Origin: an uncultured virus (IMG/VR IMGVR_UViG_3300042314_001187)
Lineage: Duplodnaviria; Heunggongvirae; Uroviricota; Caudoviricetes
IMG/VR virus record: IMGVR_UViG_3300042314_001187
Coordinates: 62,001-126,000 of that record
Length of the DNA stretch: 64,000 nt
Direction: 5' to 3' (one strand)
Shown: piece after piece, positions 29,701 to 40,822 of the stretch
Layout of the letters: every line of letters begins with the position of its first letter
Position numbering within the stretch: the stretch's first letter is position 1
Notes under the pieces: generated by a model
What the model saw: the letters and a program-made list of their open reading frames with translations, nothing else
Told to the model about the DNA's origin: nothing
Database searches by the model: none
Position numbers and translations under genes: made by a program

Positions 29701-32700
29701 AATGTGTATGGTGTTGTTGGGGTTTGTGTTTGAGTTCTAGTTGGCGTTTGTGTTCTTGTGTTTGTTGGTGTTTGGGTTCTAGTTGGGGTTTTTGTTTGTG
29801 TTCTTGTTATTGTGTTTGTTGGGGTTTTTGTTACACTTGGGGTTTGTGTTCTTGTAGGTGTTTTTGTTGGGGTTGGTGTTTGAGTTCTTGTTATTGTGTT
29901 AGTTGGTGTAACCGTTCTTGTTGGTGTTTGAGTTCTTGTTATTGTGTTTGTTGGGGTTTTTGTTACACTTGGGGTTTGAGTTCTTGTTATTGTATTTGTT
30001 GGTGTAACCGTTCTTGTTGGGGTTTGAGTTCTTGTTATTGTATTTGTTGGGGTTTGAGTTCTTGTTATTGTATTTGTTGGTGTTGGGGTTTTAGTTGGTG
30101 TTTGTGTTGGTGTTTGTGTTGGTGTTAATGTTGGACAAACATTTGATGGTACACATAATGTACAAGGGTCAGGAGCCCAAGGTAGATTTTGTGTTGGTGT
30201 GGCGTTATTCCATATCTTATTTGGTGTGCCAGTTGACACTCCAAGTATTTTATAACAAAGACCATCGGTTGCAATAACTGACCAAGTTATTGTTAAAAAT
30301 TGTTGGTTGTCATAATATGGTGTGTAAATTGTTGGTAATGACATTAAATGTAATGATGAATTACAACAACTTTGAATTTGAAATAATGAATATGGGGTTG
30401 TTGGTGTTTGGGTTTGGGTTCTTGTTGGTGTTTGGGTTTGGGTTCTTGTTGGTGTTTGGGTTCGGGTTTGAGTTCTTGTTGGTGTTTGGGTTTTAGTTGT
30501 GGTATTTGTAGGTGTTGTGGTATTTGTAGGTGTTGGTGTTGGTGTCGGACAAACACCTAATGTTGACTGAGTAATATAATAAATACCCCCCTCAACAGTC
30601 CATAAAAAAGGAGTGTTATTTATTGGGTATTGTGGTGTTCCGATACCACCTGTAAGAACTGAATAGGTTTCACCACCGTTTAATAATGAGGAGAAAAACC
30701 ATTCCTCCGCACCTGGTGAGAGGTAAACATACCCTATTAAAATTGAATTTGAGTCATAAATTGGATAATAAGGGTAACCATTAAAAAATCCTAAAGAACT
30801 TACGTTAGAAGTCCAAGTTACAAAACCTGTTGAAACTGTGAAACAAATTAATGGTGGTTGTGTAATTGTTGGAGTTTGTGTTCTTGTTATTGTGTTTGTT
30901 GGGGTTTGTGTTCTTGTTGGAGTTTGTGTTTGTGTTCTTGTTATTGTGTTTGTTGGGGTTTGTGTTCTTGTTGGAGTTTGGGTACGAGTATTTGTTGGGG
31001 TTTGAGTTCTTGTTGGTGTATTTGTTGGGGTTTGAGTTCTTGTATTTGTTGGGGTTTGAGTTCTTGTAATTGTATTAGTTGGTGTAACCGTTCTTGTTGG
31101 TGTGTTAGTTGGTGTTGAAGTATTTGTTGGCGTTTGAGTTCTTGTAATTGTATTTGTTGGCGTTTGAGTCCTTGTAATTGTATTTGTTGGAGTTTGAGTT
31201 CTTGTAATTGTATTTGTTGGTGTTTGAGTTCTTGTAATGGTATTAGTTGGTGTTGGGGTTTGAGTTGGGGTTTGAGATGGTAGGATAGTATAATCACAAA
31301 TACATATAATGATACCTAAAATATTACCACCCCCATTTATACCAAAATCTTGAATATATAATTCCCAAGTACCATTTGCGTTAGCAGCTGAGGTTCCGAT
31401 AAATGTTGTTAAACTATTACCATTTTGAGTTGCGGTATAATCAGGTAAACCTGAGGTGTTCCACGCAATTGATTTATACACGTAAGTGTCGTTAGTGTAA
31501 GTACCTGAACTATAACCATCCCATAATGTTGGTGAATAGTCAGTTAAAATTGTATTAACATTATTAACAGGTTGGATTGATGTTCCTTGTCTACCTGTTA
31601 ACAAAGCGGTGTTACCGTTTGGTGATTTTAAAATCATTGCGACATCACTAGAGTCTGCGTGTGAGTAACCACTAATTCTAACTTCAATTCTAGTTACAGG
31701 TGAATCTAAACCAGATACGTTAAACGTTATTGGGTAAGGTGAGGCGTTACCTAAAGACGGTATTATTATACCTGAAGGTGTATTTGTGGCGTTAAAACAA
31801 TGACATTCTATTGGTGGTGTTGGTGATGGTGTTGATGTATTTGTTGGAGTTTTAGTTCTTGTAATTGTATTTGTTGGCGTTTGTGTTCTTGTAATTGTGT
31901 TTGTTGGCGTTTGTGTTCTTGTGTTAGTTGGTGTTTGGGTCCTTGTTATTGTATTGGTTGGTGTAACTGTTCTTGTTATTGTGTTTGTTGGTGTGACTGT
32001 TCTTGTTGGTGTGACTGTTCTTGTTGGGGTATTGGTTGGTGTTTGAGTTCTTGTCGGGGTATTTGTGTTAGTAGGTGTTTTTGTCCTTGTTATTGTATTT
32101 GTTGGTGTGACTGTTCTTGTTGGGGTATTGGTTGGTGTTTGAGTTCTTGTCGGGGTATTTGTGTTAGTAGGTGTTTTTGTCCTTGTTATTGTATTTGTTG
32201 GTGTTTGTGTTTGTGTTATAGTGTTAGTTGGTGTTTGTGTTCTTGTTGGTGTTTGTGTTCTAGTTGGTGTTATAGTTCTAGTTGGTGTGACAGTTCTAGT
32301 TGGTGTATTTGTAACAGTGTTAGTAGGTGTTGATGTTACTGTTGAGGTAACAGTGTTAGTAGGTGTTGATGTTACTGTTGGTGTTGGAGTTGGTGTTGGA
32401 CACGGATTGAAAGTGTTACATTGAATACAAGGGTTGGTGTTAATACCCTCATACACTTGACCGTAGTTACCATTCCAAAATTTGTTAGGGGGTAATGGTG
32501 AAGTTATTAATTCATTAACAACAAAACACTGACCGGTTGTGTCAACAACTGAATATGAGTAACTATTACCACCAGGAGGTCCTATGATAGGTTGAAATAT
32601 AGTTGGTAACGACATATAGTAAGTAACCGGAGATGAAAAACAACAACTTGAAACTTTAAAGATTGAATAAGGTGTTGTTGGAGTTTGTGTTTGGGTTTTA

Positions 32701-35700
32701 GTTTGTGTAGGTGTATTAGTTGAAGTTTGTGTTCTTGTATTTGTTGGGGTTTGTGTTCTTGTATTTGTTGGGGTTTGTGTTCTTGTATTTGTTGGGGTTT
32801 GTGTTTGTGTTCTTGTATTTGTTGGGGTTTGTGTTTGTGTTCTTGTGTTTGTTGGGGTTTGTGTGTTAGTGTTTGTTGGGGTTTGAGTAATAGTATTTGT
32901 TGGTGTACTAGTGTTAGTTTTAGTTATAGTATTAGTTGGGGTTTTTGTATTAGTAGGTGTTTGTGTGATAGTATTTGTTGGTGTACTAGTATTAGTTATA
33001 GTATTTGTTGGCGTTACAGTTTTAGTTGGTGTTTGTGTTCTTGTGTTAGTCGGTGTTTGTGTTCTTGTGTTAGTCGGTGTTTGTGTTTGTGTTCTTGTGT
33101 TTGTTGGGGTTTGGGTTTGTGTTCTTGTGTTTGTTGGGGTTTGGGTTTGAGTTGTGGTATTAGTTGGGGTATTAGTTTGTGTGTTAGTTTGTGTTTGAGT
33201 GTTAGTTGGAGTTGATGTTTGGGTAGGGGTTGACGTTGGTTCAATACAAGGTATTTTACTAAAACATCCGCTGGAAATGTCATATGTGAATGTTCCAACG
33301 CACTGATTATTAGGACAGTTTAAACCTGTGATTGTTGATTGTGGGAAATTTCTTTGAGCTAATAAAACACCACCAACATTTATGAAACCAAAATTGGTGT
33401 TACTAATCATAGTACCTCCAGAATAAGCGTACATAGTAATGTTTAACGCTCCTGTAGTGAATGATGTTAACCAATTTGCTTTAGAGGTTAATTGTATTGA
33501 TGATAGTGTGGGGTATGCTGTTTTTAAAGAAGTAACGCTAACATAAATTGACTCAGAACCTTGTGAGTTAGTATTATCACCACCCCAAAATAAATATGGA
33601 CCACCATAAATACCTGAAGGTTGAGAACCTGTAACACAATAACCTAAAGGACCTTGGGTTAATGGGTTTATTAATGTTGTCTCAGTATTTAAACCAAAAC
33701 CTGACCCCGGAGGGAAATTATAAACCAAAACAATATAATCAGCTCCTGGATAACAAGCATTTGTTGGGGTTGGGGTTTGTGTCGTTGTAGGTGTTGGTGT
33801 GTTTGTTTGAGTTCTTGTGTTAGTTGGGGTTTGTGTTGGTGTGTTTGTTTGAGTTCTTGTGTTAGTCGGTGTTTGGGTTATTGTATTAGTTGGGGTAACT
33901 GTTTTTGTTGGGGTAACTGTTTTTGTTGGTGTTTGTGTTCTTGTATTAGTAGGTGTTTGTGTAATAGTGTTAGTAGGAGTTTGTGTTTGTGTTATTGTAT
34001 TAGTAGGTGTTTGAGTAATGGTTTTTGTTGGGGTTTGTGTAATTGTATTTGTTGGTGTTTGTGTTCTTGTTGGTGTTTGTGTAATTGTGTTAGTTGGTGT
34101 TTGTGTACGAGTATTTGTTGGCGTATTAGTGTTAGTTGGGGTTTGAGTTCTTGTTTGTGTTTGTGTTGAAGTAATTGTGTTTGTTGGTGTGGAAGTTTTG
34201 GTTGGTGTTTGAGTGTTAGTATTTGTTGGGGTTTGTGTAATTGTGTTTGTTGGTGTAACTGTGTTTGTTGGTGTAACTGTGTTAGTCGGTGTTTGTGTGA
34301 TTGTGTTTGTTGGGGTTTGTGTGATTGTGTTTGTTGGTGTTTGTGTTCTAGTATTTGTTGGTGTTTGTGTTCTAGTATTTGTTGGTGTTTGAGTAATAGT
34401 ATTTGTTGGTGTTTGAGTTCTAGTATTTGTTGGTGTTTGAGTTCTAGTATTTGTTGGTGTAACAGTTCTTGTCGGTGTATTTGTTGGGGTTATCGTATTT
34501 GTTGGGGTTATCGTATTTGTTGGTGTTTGGGTTTGAGTTGAGGCGGGTGTTGCACCTGGACTTTTGGTTGGTGTTTGGGTAACATTTGAAGTTCTTGTTA
34601 CCGTTGACGTATTTGTGTTGGTTGGTGTGTTTGTTGGAGTCTGAGTTTGAGTGTTAGTTGGTGTTTGAGTAATTGTTTGAGTTTGTGTAATTGTGTTGGT
34701 TGGTGTCTGTGTAATTGTGTTGGTTGGTGTCTGTGTTCTAGTATTTGTTGGAGTCTGTGTTCTAGTATTTGTTGGAGTCTGTGTCTGAGTTTTGGTTGGT
34801 GTCTGTGTAATTGTGTTGGTTGGAGTCTGTGTTCTAGTATTTGTTGGTGTAACAGTGTTAGTTGGAGTTTGTGTTCTTGTCTGTGTTTGGGTTTTAGTTT
34901 GTGTAGGTGTCTGAGTGATAGTATTTGTTGGGGTTTGGGTAATGGTATTTGTTGGGGTTTGGGTAATAGTGTTAGTTGGTGTTGATGTGTTAGTTTGTGT
35001 TACAGTGTTAGTTGGTGTTTGTGTTATTGTGTTTGTTGGTGTTTGGGTGTTAGTTGGTGTTGATGTGATAGTATTTGTTGGTGTGACTGTTTTGGTTGGT
35101 GTTGATGTGTTAGTTGATGTTTGTGTACGAGTGTTAGTCGGTGTTTGTGTACGAGTGTTAGTCGGTGTTACAGTTTTGGTTGGTGTTTGAGTGATAGTAT
35201 TTGTGGGAGTGTTAGTTTGTGTGTTAGTTTGTGTGTTAGTTGGTGTGTTAGTTGGGGTTTGTGTTTGAGTATTAGTTGGGGTTTGTGTTTGAGTATTAGT
35301 TGGTGTTTTAGTATTTGTTGGTGTTGGTGTTGGTGTGGAACAAATACCAATGTTGGAGGATAACATAGAATTACCGTCAAATGAACCTGTCCAATTATGT
35401 AAAGAATTACTTACCGGATATTCACTATCTAAATTTAAAATACTGAATATTATCCCACTACCAATTGATTCTGAATATTTCCAAATTTGTAATGTAGGGT
35501 CAAACCAAACATAACCAATAACGGTAAATGAATCTATAATACCATAGTAAGGTTTACCATAGATAAAACCTCCGGCAGTTGTATTGTACAGAATTTGACC
35601 TGATGTTATGTTATTTGTGTATCTAAAACAAATTAATGGTGGCAATGTTGGGGTTGGAGTCTGTGTTCTAGTATTTGTTGGTGTTTGTGTTCTTGTGTTA

Positions 35701-38159
35701 GTTGGTGTTTGTGTTTGGGTTTTAGTGTTAGTTGGGGTTTGGGTTGGTGTTTTAGTGTTAGTCGGTGTTTTAGTGTTAGTCGGTGTTTGTGTTCTTGTTG
35801 GTGTAGGTGTTGCGGTAGGACAAGGGTGAACTAAAATACAATTCACACATCCGTTACCCGTGTCAACGTATACGTCGTTATAATTACCATTCCAAAATAA
35901 GTCAGGTGTTTCACCACCAGGACCTGATGATATGATTTTATAACAAAATCCATTAGTATCTGAAACAACAAATGATGAAAAACTTGGGAAAAAAGTTGGT
36001 GTGAAACTAATTGGTAATTCCATAAACCCTGTTGTATTATTACAACAACTTTCAACGATAAATAAATCATATGGTGTTGTTGGTGTTGGTGTTTGAGTTG
36101 TGGTTGGGGTGTTTGTTGTGGTATTTGTTGGTGTTTGGGTTATAGTATTTGTTGGTGTTTGTGTTTGAGTTCTTGTGTTAGTTGGTGTTATGGTTACTGT
36201 GGGTGTTTGTGTTTTTGTTGGCGTATTTGTTGGGGTTTGTGTTCTTGTTTGTGTTCTTGTTATTGTATTTGTTGGGGTTTGAGTTCTTGTATTTGTTGGG
36301 GTTTGAGTTCTTGTCTGTGTTTGTGTTATTGTGTTTGTTGGTGTACTCGTATTAGTATTTGTTGGGGTTTGAGTTCTTGTCTGTGTTTGAGTGTTTGTTT
36401 GTGTGATAGTATTAGTTGGAGTTTGAGTAATAGTGTTAGTTGGGGTCTGTGTGTTAGTATTAGTTGGGGTCTGTGTGTTAGTCGGTGTCTGTGTGTTAGT
36501 ATTTGTTGGGGTTTGTGTGATAGTATTAGTAGGTGTTTGTGTTTGAGTTATAGTATTAGTTGGTGTTTGTGTCTTTGTTTGAGTTATAGTATTAGTTGGT
36601 GTTTGTGTTTTTGTAGGTGTTTGTGTACGAGTATTAGTTGGTGTTTGTGTACGAGTATTTGTTGGTGTTTGTGTTATTGTGTTTGTTGGTGTTTGTGTAC
36701 GAGTATTTGTTGGTGTTTGTGTTTGTGTTTTTGTTGGAGTTTGTGTTCTTGTATTAGTTGGTGTGTTGGTTGATGTTATTGTGTTTGTTGGTGTTTGTGT
36801 TGATGTTATTGTGTTTGTTGGTGTTTGTGTTCTTGTATTTGTTGGTGTTTGTGTTCTAGTATTTGTCGGGGTTTGTGTTTGAGTTATAGTATTAGTTGGC
36901 GTTTGTGTTTGTGTTCTTGTGTTAGTAGGTGTAATAGTATTTGTTGGTGTATTTGTGTTGGTTGGTGTGTTAGTAGGGGTTTCAGTATTAGTTGGAGTTT
37001 GTGTGTTAGTGTTAGTTGGAGTTTGTGTTTTGGTTTGTGTGTTAGTATTTGTTGGTGTTTGAGTTCTTGTGTTAGTCGGTGTTTGAGTTCTTGTGTTAGT
37101 CGGTGTTTGTGTTCTTGTTATTGTATTTGTTGGTGTAACAGTTTGTGTTATAGTTTGCGTTGGTGTTTCGGTAACAGTTGGGGTTACAGTTTGAGTTGGT
37201 GTTTCGGTAACAGTTGGCGTTTGAGTTGGTGTTTCGGTAACAGTTGGTGTTTGAGTTGGTGTTTCGGTAACAGTTGGTGTTTGAGTATTAGTGTTTGTAG
37301 GTGTTTGAGTTGGTGTTTCGGTATTTGTTGGAGTCACCGTCGGGGTGACAGTATTAGTGGTGGTAACTGTCGGGGTTGGGGTTGGGGTTAAACACAAATA
37401 AGATGGGTTTTCAATTTGACAATCATAACAATTAGTTGATTGACCCATAAATTGGTGTTGGAATATTATCGGTGAGGTTGTACTCCCAATATATTGAGCA
37501 CATCCTTCAAAGTTTGTATTTGAAATAAAATAAGTACCATTTAATGGTGAGTACGACCCAGGAATGTTTGATATTCTAAATTCATAAGATGAATCACAAC
37601 AACTTCTAAAGTTACCAATAACTGGTGGTAAAGTAGGTGTGACTGTTGGTGTTGGAGTTGACGTTGGGTATGGTTCAGGGCATCCGTTGACATCACAACC
37701 AAATTTAGGTGTTAAAATATACACAGGTGACTCAACGACAACATCATAACCACAATAATATAATGTGGTATCCCCGTCAATATCAGTAATTAATGTATTA
37801 CCATCACATAAAGTTATTTGAAATGGTAATGGGTCATTCGTTGGGTTAATAATTGTGTAACACTTACACTTATTAGGTGTTGGGGTTACTGTTGGTGTGA
37901 CCGTATTAGTAGGTGTTGGGGTTGGTGTTGGTTCACAAGATAAGTATAAGAATTCTTCACAACCTGTTGAATCGGTAACAATAACTAAGACTTCAGATAA
38001 CGGTTCACCTTCAATAGGTTCAAACGCGGGTATCTCCAATACAGGGGGGACCGAAACGACACCTGTTAAGACAACTTCACAGTATGTTCTAGTTAAATCA
38101 CAGATTGTTATGTCGTAAGGTGAATGACCTGTTAAACTTGTTATATATATTACACTCAT
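26772..38159 (-). CDS. Giant 3,795-aa mucin-like virion fibre protein: Thr/Pro tracts, Cys-rich modules, P-domain, C-terminal LamG/ConA-like domain
   Basis: Uninterrupted ORF with (T-x)n-TP repeats; SPYP..F.VSG..SH...D....L.SP.G..NGTW.LYIQD (P-domain); [33 protein letters not shown] (LamG). Confidence 0.85.
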   Translation of the reverse strand: MSVIYITSLTGHSPYDITICDLTRTYCEVVLTGVVSVPPVLEIPAFEPIEGEPLSEVLVIVTDSTGCEEFLYLSCEPTPTPTPTNTVTPTVTPTPNKCKCYTIINPTNDPLPFQITLCDGNTLITDIDGDTTLYYCGYDVVVESPVYILTPKFGCDVNGCPEPYPTSTPTPTVTPTLPPVIGNFRSCCDSSYEFRISNIPGSYSPLNGTYFISNTNFEGCAQYIGSTTSPIIFQHQFMGQSTNCYDCQIENPSYLCLTPTPTPTVTTTNTVTPTVTPTNTETPTQTPTNTNTQTPTVTETPTQTPTVTETPTQTPTVTETPTQTVTPTVTETPTQTITQTVTPTNTITRTQTPTNTRTQTPTNTRTQTPTNTNTQTKTQTPTNTNTQTPTNTETPTNTPTNTNTPTNTITPTNTRTQTQTPTNTITQTQTPTNTRTQTPTNTRTQTPTNTITSTQTPTNTITSTNTPTNTRTQTPTKTQTQTPTNTRTQTPTNTITQTPTNTRTQTPTNTRTQTPTKTQTPTNTITQTKTQTPTNTITQTQTPTNTITQTPTNTNTQTPTNTQTPTNTNTQTPTNTITQTPTNTITQTNTQTQTRTQTPTNTNTSTPTNTITQTQTRTQTPTNTRTQTPTNTITRTQTRTQTPTNTPTKTQTPTVTITPTNTRTQTQTPTNTITQTPTNTTTNTPTTTQTPTPTTPYDLFIVESCCNNTTGFMELPISFTPTFFPSFSSFVVSDTNGFCYKIISSGPGGETPDLFWNGNYNDVYVDTGNGCVNCILVHPCPTATPTPTRTQTPTNTKTPTNTKTPTQTPTNTKTQTQTPTNTRTQTPTNTRTQTPTPTLPPLICFRYTNNITSGQILYNTTAGGFIYGKPYYGIIDSFTVIGYVWFDPTLQIWKYSESIGSGIIFSILNLDSEYPVSNSLHNWTGSFDGNSMLSSNIGICSTPTPTPTNTKTPTNTQTQTPTNTQTQTPTNTPTNTQTNTQTNTPTNTITQTPTKTVTPTNTRTQTPTNTRTQTSTNTSTPTKTVTPTNTITSTPTNTQTPTNTITQTPTNTVTQTNTSTPTNTITQTPTNTITQTPTNTITQTPTQTKTQTQTRTQTPTNTVTPTNTRTQTPTNTITQTPTKTQTQTPTNTRTQTPTNTRTQTPTNTITQTPTNTITQTQTITQTPTNTQTQTPTNTPTNTNTSTVTRTSNVTQTPTKSPGATPASTQTQTPTNTITPTNTITPTNTPTRTVTPTNTRTQTPTNTRTQTPTNTITQTPTNTRTQTPTNTRTQTPTNTITQTPTNTITQTPTNTVTPTNTVTPTNTITQTPTNTNTQTPTKTSTPTNTITSTQTQTRTQTPTNTNTPTNTRTQTPTNTITQTPTRTQTPTNTITQTPTKTITQTPTNTITQTQTPTNTITQTPTNTRTQTPTKTVTPTKTVTPTNTITQTPTNTRTQTNTPTQTPTNTRTQTNTPTPTTTQTPTPTNACYPGADYIVLVYNFPPGSGFGLNTETTLINPLTQGPLGYCVTGSQPSGIYGGPYLFWGGDNTNSQGSESIYVSVTSLKTAYPTLSSIQLTSKANWLTSFTTGALNITMYAYSGGTMISNTNFGFINVGGVLLAQRNFPQSTITGLNCPNNQCVGTFTYDISSGCFSKIPCIEPTSTPTQTSTPTNTQTQTNTQTNTPTNTTTQTQTPTNTRTQTQTPTNTRTQTQTPTNTRTQTPTNTRTQTPTKTVTPTNTITNTSTPTNTITQTPTNTKTPTNTITKTNTSTPTNTITQTPTNTNTQTPTNTRTQTQTPTNTRTQTQTPTNTRTQTPTNTRTQTPTNTRTQTSTNTPTQTKTQTQTPTTPYSIFKVSSCCFSSPVTYYMSLPTIFQPIIGPPGGNSYSYSVVDTTGQCFVVNELITSPLPPNKFWNGNYGQVYEGINTNPCIQCNTFNPCPTPTPTPTVTSTPTNTVTSTVTSTPTNTVTNTPTRTVTPTRTITPTRTQTPTRTQTPTNTITQTQTPTNTITRTKTPTNTNTPTRTQTPTNTPTRTVTPTNTITRTKTPTNTNTPTRTQTPTNTPTRTVTPTRTVTPTNTITRTVTPTNTITRTQTPTNTRTQTPTNTITRTQTPTNTITRTKTPTNTSTPSPTPPIECHCFNATNTPSGIIIPSLGNASPYPITFNVSGLDSPVTRIEVRISGYSHADSSDVAMILKSPNGNTALLTGRQGTSIQPVNNVNTILTDYSPTLWDGYSSGTYTNDTYVYKSIAWNTSGLPDYTATQNGNSLTTFIGTSAANANGTWELYIQDFGINGGGNILGIIICICDYTILPSQTPTQTPTPTNTITRTQTPTNTITRTQTPTNTITRTQTPTNTITRTQTPTNTSTPTNTPTRTVTPTNTITRTQTPTNTRTQTPTNTPTRTQTPTNTRTQTPTRTQTPTNTITRTQTQTPTRTQTPTNTITRTQTPTITQPPLICFTVSTGFVTWTSNVSSLGFFNGYPYYPIYDSNSILIGYVYLSPGAEEWFFSSLLNGGETYSVLTGGIGTPQYPINNTPFLWTVEGGIYYITQSTLGVCPTPTPTPTNTTTPTNTTTKTQTPTRTQTRTQTPTRTQTQTPTRTQTQTPTTPYSLFQIQSCCNSSLHLMSLPTIYTPYYDNQQFLTITWSVIATDGLCYKILGVSTGTPNKIWNNATPTQNLPWAPDPCTLCVPSNVCPTLTPTQTPTQTPTKTPTPTNTITRTQTPTNTITRTQTPTRTVTPTNTITRTQTPSVTKTPTNTITRTQTPTRTVTPTNTITRTQTPTPTKTPTRTQTPSVTKTPTNTITRTQTKTPTRTQTPTNTRTQTPTRTQTQTPTTPYTLFNVISCCDLVTLHKMLLPTIYTPSQFPYFTYVVKDTLGQCYQIFESTTGVANKIWNGAQPAYDPIGEQCGICLQTNPCPTQTPTQTRTQTPTKTPTRTQTPSVTKTPTQTPSVTKTATNTPSVTKTPTRTQTPTKTLTQTPTKTPVPRLCSMSGYVYEISCSSLYCVVPCCSLNRVYPESNCVLPSTCNDPSYMVSIPNIDINFLDDSFFQITTSDLECFDCDSNWTDVDENIAINRNEFLQKYLQNLDYRYNGWTTDVNSLTSYYQFFGSNSSKFSRTKLRLVNYKWYRPLNYYESWTTPTFCTTSLSTIFGPITGFTYLPPINNISLAPTPSVNGRLIVTTGATQSTYFWNPTTNTWTDINNTSCVAQSINQLLLVMNQIRNISSSKKSTLLLGNSVFTKIGLYLPAFQFFKYRNYTLPSGPLSLSETENIVTEPIIEQITEPLQISCLANSYVMVLPESLPSNTVVKDNNGLCYRTIQENPINSPYIGPMLYQSGSTTFVDCQNCSNSITVQILAQTDLPLYANCDIVTSTSMVYRVNNGPWVTLSSVVDATGTTYTVLNSITVGVGVTIDVYFPGIKWGVGYLSGDYTSRCDNQYYTYSVSSLANGVIYFNLKSQVTVLPVPPFIQYQCGFEPCPSFTIPNPWRWTWYDSFTEDNIFTMSESPGVWNGRRYYEVPNNNYTSTVSYVWYDTPTTNWYNSSVLGSGTLYSYLESSSPTQPISGPFNQWVDLSSGPYIMISSEPQYPIEVSGLVVWLDAGSDLSWPSLGTAWNDITDNNNNSTFYQSLVPTNAATVFSSDKMGNFSFNGSNQKFAIPNTSTLSAITNTVSVEVWLKPTLFANREIFSKGSNDGIRMRIDPTGHLWMLGANAPGIGFGTYTSTGTTTLNQWNQVVGVWTSTGFYTYINGVDSGYDLNLSLLIQDYNLPLDIGCFTGDNSNFHYQGYMSIFRIYNRALTSDEVLSNFNSQKDRFGL
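29265..37385 (-). repeat. Degenerate Thr/Pro coding repeat tracts ([22 protein letters not shown] units) interrupted by globular modules
   Basis: Plus strand almost all G/T (gttggtgtttgtgtt...); unit lengths are multiples of 6 nt. Confidence 0.95.
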
Positions 38160-38240
38160 TTAAAAAATAAATACCTAAAAAGTTGATATTTTAACATTTT
38201 TATTATTAAAATAATAAGTTTTTTTTAAAATTCTTAAATA

Positions 38241-39407
38241 TTAAAAATCAACACAATTAACACTGTTAAACATTTCACATATTGTGTTTTGTAAAAATGT
38301 TGTAATTTGATTATTAGGTATTATTGTCGACGGTAACGATGGGTTATATTTTGATAATAATATCATACCAATAAATCCATTTTCACCTATGACTGTTACG
38401 GTCGAATCTAATTGATTTGGATTTGATACGCTACCTCTATTATCGGAAACACTAGAAATGACTGTATTCCAATCGGTTGATTCAACAGTAAACCAAACAT
38501 ATTCGATTGATGGGCAAGGTGTTTGTCCTGATAAAAATATAGGGTTAACACCGATATTACTATAACGATACCAACTACCAGTGATGTTATTACAACTATA
38601 AGTTCCTTCGGTTAATGTAACCTCACGAGTAATAGTGTATGGTCCATAAGTTGGGTCATTACCTGAAATAATCGACGGTAAACCAATTTCCGATATTGAA
38701 TGTGGACTAATGGTTGTACCTAAATTAATTAATGTTATTTGAGGCCAAATATTTGGTTTACTAATTAAAAAATCAGTACCAACAGTTCCATAGACTTTTG
38801 GAAATGGGTTACTAAATAAAATGGTATTACCGACATTAAACATTGATAATCCTCCTGTACTAATAAACGTTGAGCTAGGTAAGTATGAATAAGTATAATA
38901 ATTAGTAATTGATGAATATGATAAAAATGAATGTGTATTCCACCAATTATTATATTTTTGAAAACAAGATAACGGTGTTAATGTTGGAGTTGGGGTTTTA
39001 GTTAATGTTGGAGTTGGGGTTTTAGTTAATGTTGGGGTTACTGTTGGAGTTACTGTTGATGTTGGTGTTGGAGAAATTAAACAAGGGTTGGGTGTTATAG
39101 TTGGAGTTGGAGTTTTAGTAGGGGTTTTAGTTACTGTAGGTGTAATTGTTTTAGTTGGCGTTTGTGTTGGTGTTGGTCTAACAACGTTCATAAAATTAGG
39201 ACATTTTGAATTATCAACTAATATTGTGTACGTTCCAAATACATCACGAGGGGGTATTAAAGTTGAGGGGTCAAACGTATATGGTAATATAATTTGACCG
39301 AATTCTTTATTTAAATTTATAGTGACATTATCATTGTCGGGTTTAAATAATATATTAGCTGACTCACCGTCATAATTAACACTTGATATTACTATTGTAT
39401 TACTCAT
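38241..39407 (-). CDS. Thr/Pro-repeat structural protein
   Basis: N-module shared with 39412..40800, a TPT tract, then a beta-rich C-domain. Confidence 0.65.
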   Translation of the reverse strand: MSNTIVISSVNYDGESANILFKPDNDNVTINLNKEFGQIILPYTFDPSTLIPPRDVFGTYTILVDNSKCPNFMNVVRPTPTQTPTKTITPTVTKTPTKTPTPTITPNPCLISPTPTSTVTPTVTPTLTKTPTPTLTKTPTPTLTPLSCFQKYNNWWNTHSFLSYSSITNYYTYSYLPSSTFISTGGLSMFNVGNTILFSNPFPKVYGTVGTDFLISKPNIWPQITLINLGTTISPHSISEIGLPSIISGNDPTYGPYTITREVTLTEGTYSCNNITGSWYRYSNIGVNPIFLSGQTPCPSIEYVWFTVESTDWNTVISSVSDNRGSVSNPNQLDSTVTVIGENGFIGMILLSKYNPSLPSTIIPNNQITTFLQNTICEMFNSVNCVDF

Positions 39408-39411
39408 CTAA

Positions 39412-40800
39412 TTAAAAATTATTTTCGATTGCTAAACAAACTTCACCATTCATTGATATTAATCTTGACATATCATTGAATGAGATAAATGCGTGTCCTT
39501 GTTTACCCCAAGTTTGTCCCCAGCTATTTTTTATTCTAAAAAGTTTTTTTTCTTTATCAACACCATTTATTAAATATGCGTGTCCTCCGACAATACCACC
39601 TGTCACTCTAATTAACCCGTTTGAGTTAGGGTAAAACATTCCTGAATACCAATAAGTACCAACAACTACAGGGCCTAATTCAAACACTGAATTAATTAAC
39701 GTGTTTAAGTCGTAACCCCAATAGTATGATTTAATTACGTTTTTAGATTGTAAATATTTTGCACCTGCTCTAACTGATGTACCTGCATAATTTTCTCCCG
39801 GCCATTCATCAATTTTTTGAGCTTCGTTATAGATTGTAACAGGTGAAATTATTGGTGGAGTACCTTCGTGACCTACAGGACCATCTTCAACCCAATGAGC
39901 CCAAGAATAACCAACACAATGAGGTAAATTACGTTGATTACCCCACCAACCATCTGAGTCCCAATACTTAAATTGATAAACAGGTGTTTTTGATGGTGTT
40001 GGCGTAACTAATACCGGTTTAGATTTTGTTGGTGTTCTTGTTGGTGTTCTTGTTGGTGTTGGTGTTGGTAATATTGGTCTACTTTTACTTGGTGTTGGTG
40101 TTATTTTATATTTATTAACAATAGGTCTAGCACGAACAATACTAAGTAGATAATCATAGTTATCCTTAATTAGGTAATTTTTATCTCTAATATCAGGGAT
40201 ATACATTCTACCTAATAGTGAAACATCCGGCTTAATTTCTAACGGTGGTTCTAATTCTTGTGTGTTATTAATTACATATGTAAAATCATTAATAGCACAA
40301 CTGTCTGTAGAACAATCAGGACAATCAGGATTGAACATTATAAATGGGTTCTTCAATAAACTAAAATTGTGTTTAACTTCAGGTGCGGATAGGGGTGATG
40401 TGTAAAATCTAAATTGAGATATTGCACCTTCAAAAGAACCTGCAAAATATTTGTTAATTAATATATTAGTATTTAAACCACTAAATGTGGTTGGACTTAA
40501 ATCCATATCTGAAAAATTCTCAGGGTCTTGAGTATACCTTTGAAATAAATCATATTCAACGGTTGTTGCCGTTATTGTTTGAGGTGAGGGTATAGGGTTA
40601 GATGATGAAATGGTAAAGTCACAAGTGAAATTATAAGCTGAAAAAAATAATTCATACTTACCAAAAAAATAATCAGTTGTATAATTGTAAGGAACAACTT
40701 GTATTCCAACATTTATTGTACCGCCTGTTTCTGGGTAAAATGTAATTTCGGCAGTTTCACCACTATAATTTCTAGTTCCTATAACTACTGTTGATGCCAT
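39412..40800 (-). CDS. Multidomain protein: N-module, LamG C-terminal fragment, TPT linker, papain-like (C1A) cysteine peptidase
   Basis: NQ....HCVGYSW (Gln/Cys), GGHAYLING (His), IKNSWG..WG..G (Asn). Confidence 0.8.
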   Translation of the reverse strand: MASTVVIGTRNYSGETAEITFYPETGGTINVGIQVVPYNYTTDYFFGKYELFFSAYNFTCDFTISSSNPIPSPQTITATTVEYDLFQRYTQDPENFSDMDLSPTTFSGLNTNILINKYFAGSFEGAISQFRFYTSPLSAPEVKHNFSLLKNPFIMFNPDCPDCSTDSCAINDFTYVINNTQELEPPLEIKPDVSLLGRMYIPDIRDKNYLIKDNYDYLLSIVRARPIVNKYKITPTPSKSRPILPTPTPTRTPTRTPTKSKPVLVTPTPSKTPVYQFKYWDSDGWWGNQRNLPHCVGYSWAHWVEDGPVGHEGTPPIISPVTIYNEAQKIDEWPGENYAGTSVRAGAKYLQSKNVIKSYYWGYDLNTLINSVFELGPVVVGTYWYSGMFYPNSNGLIRVTGGIVGGHAYLINGVDKEKKLFRIKNSWGQTWGKQGHAFISFNDMSRLISMNGEVCLAIENNF

Positions 40801-40822
40801 TACTTTTTAATTATAAATATGT

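Noticed and set aside
29265..37385. CRISPR array or telomere-like GT repeats
   Set aside because: There is no constant repeat with unique spacers; all units keep frame in a single minus-strand ORF, with variation at synonymous positions.
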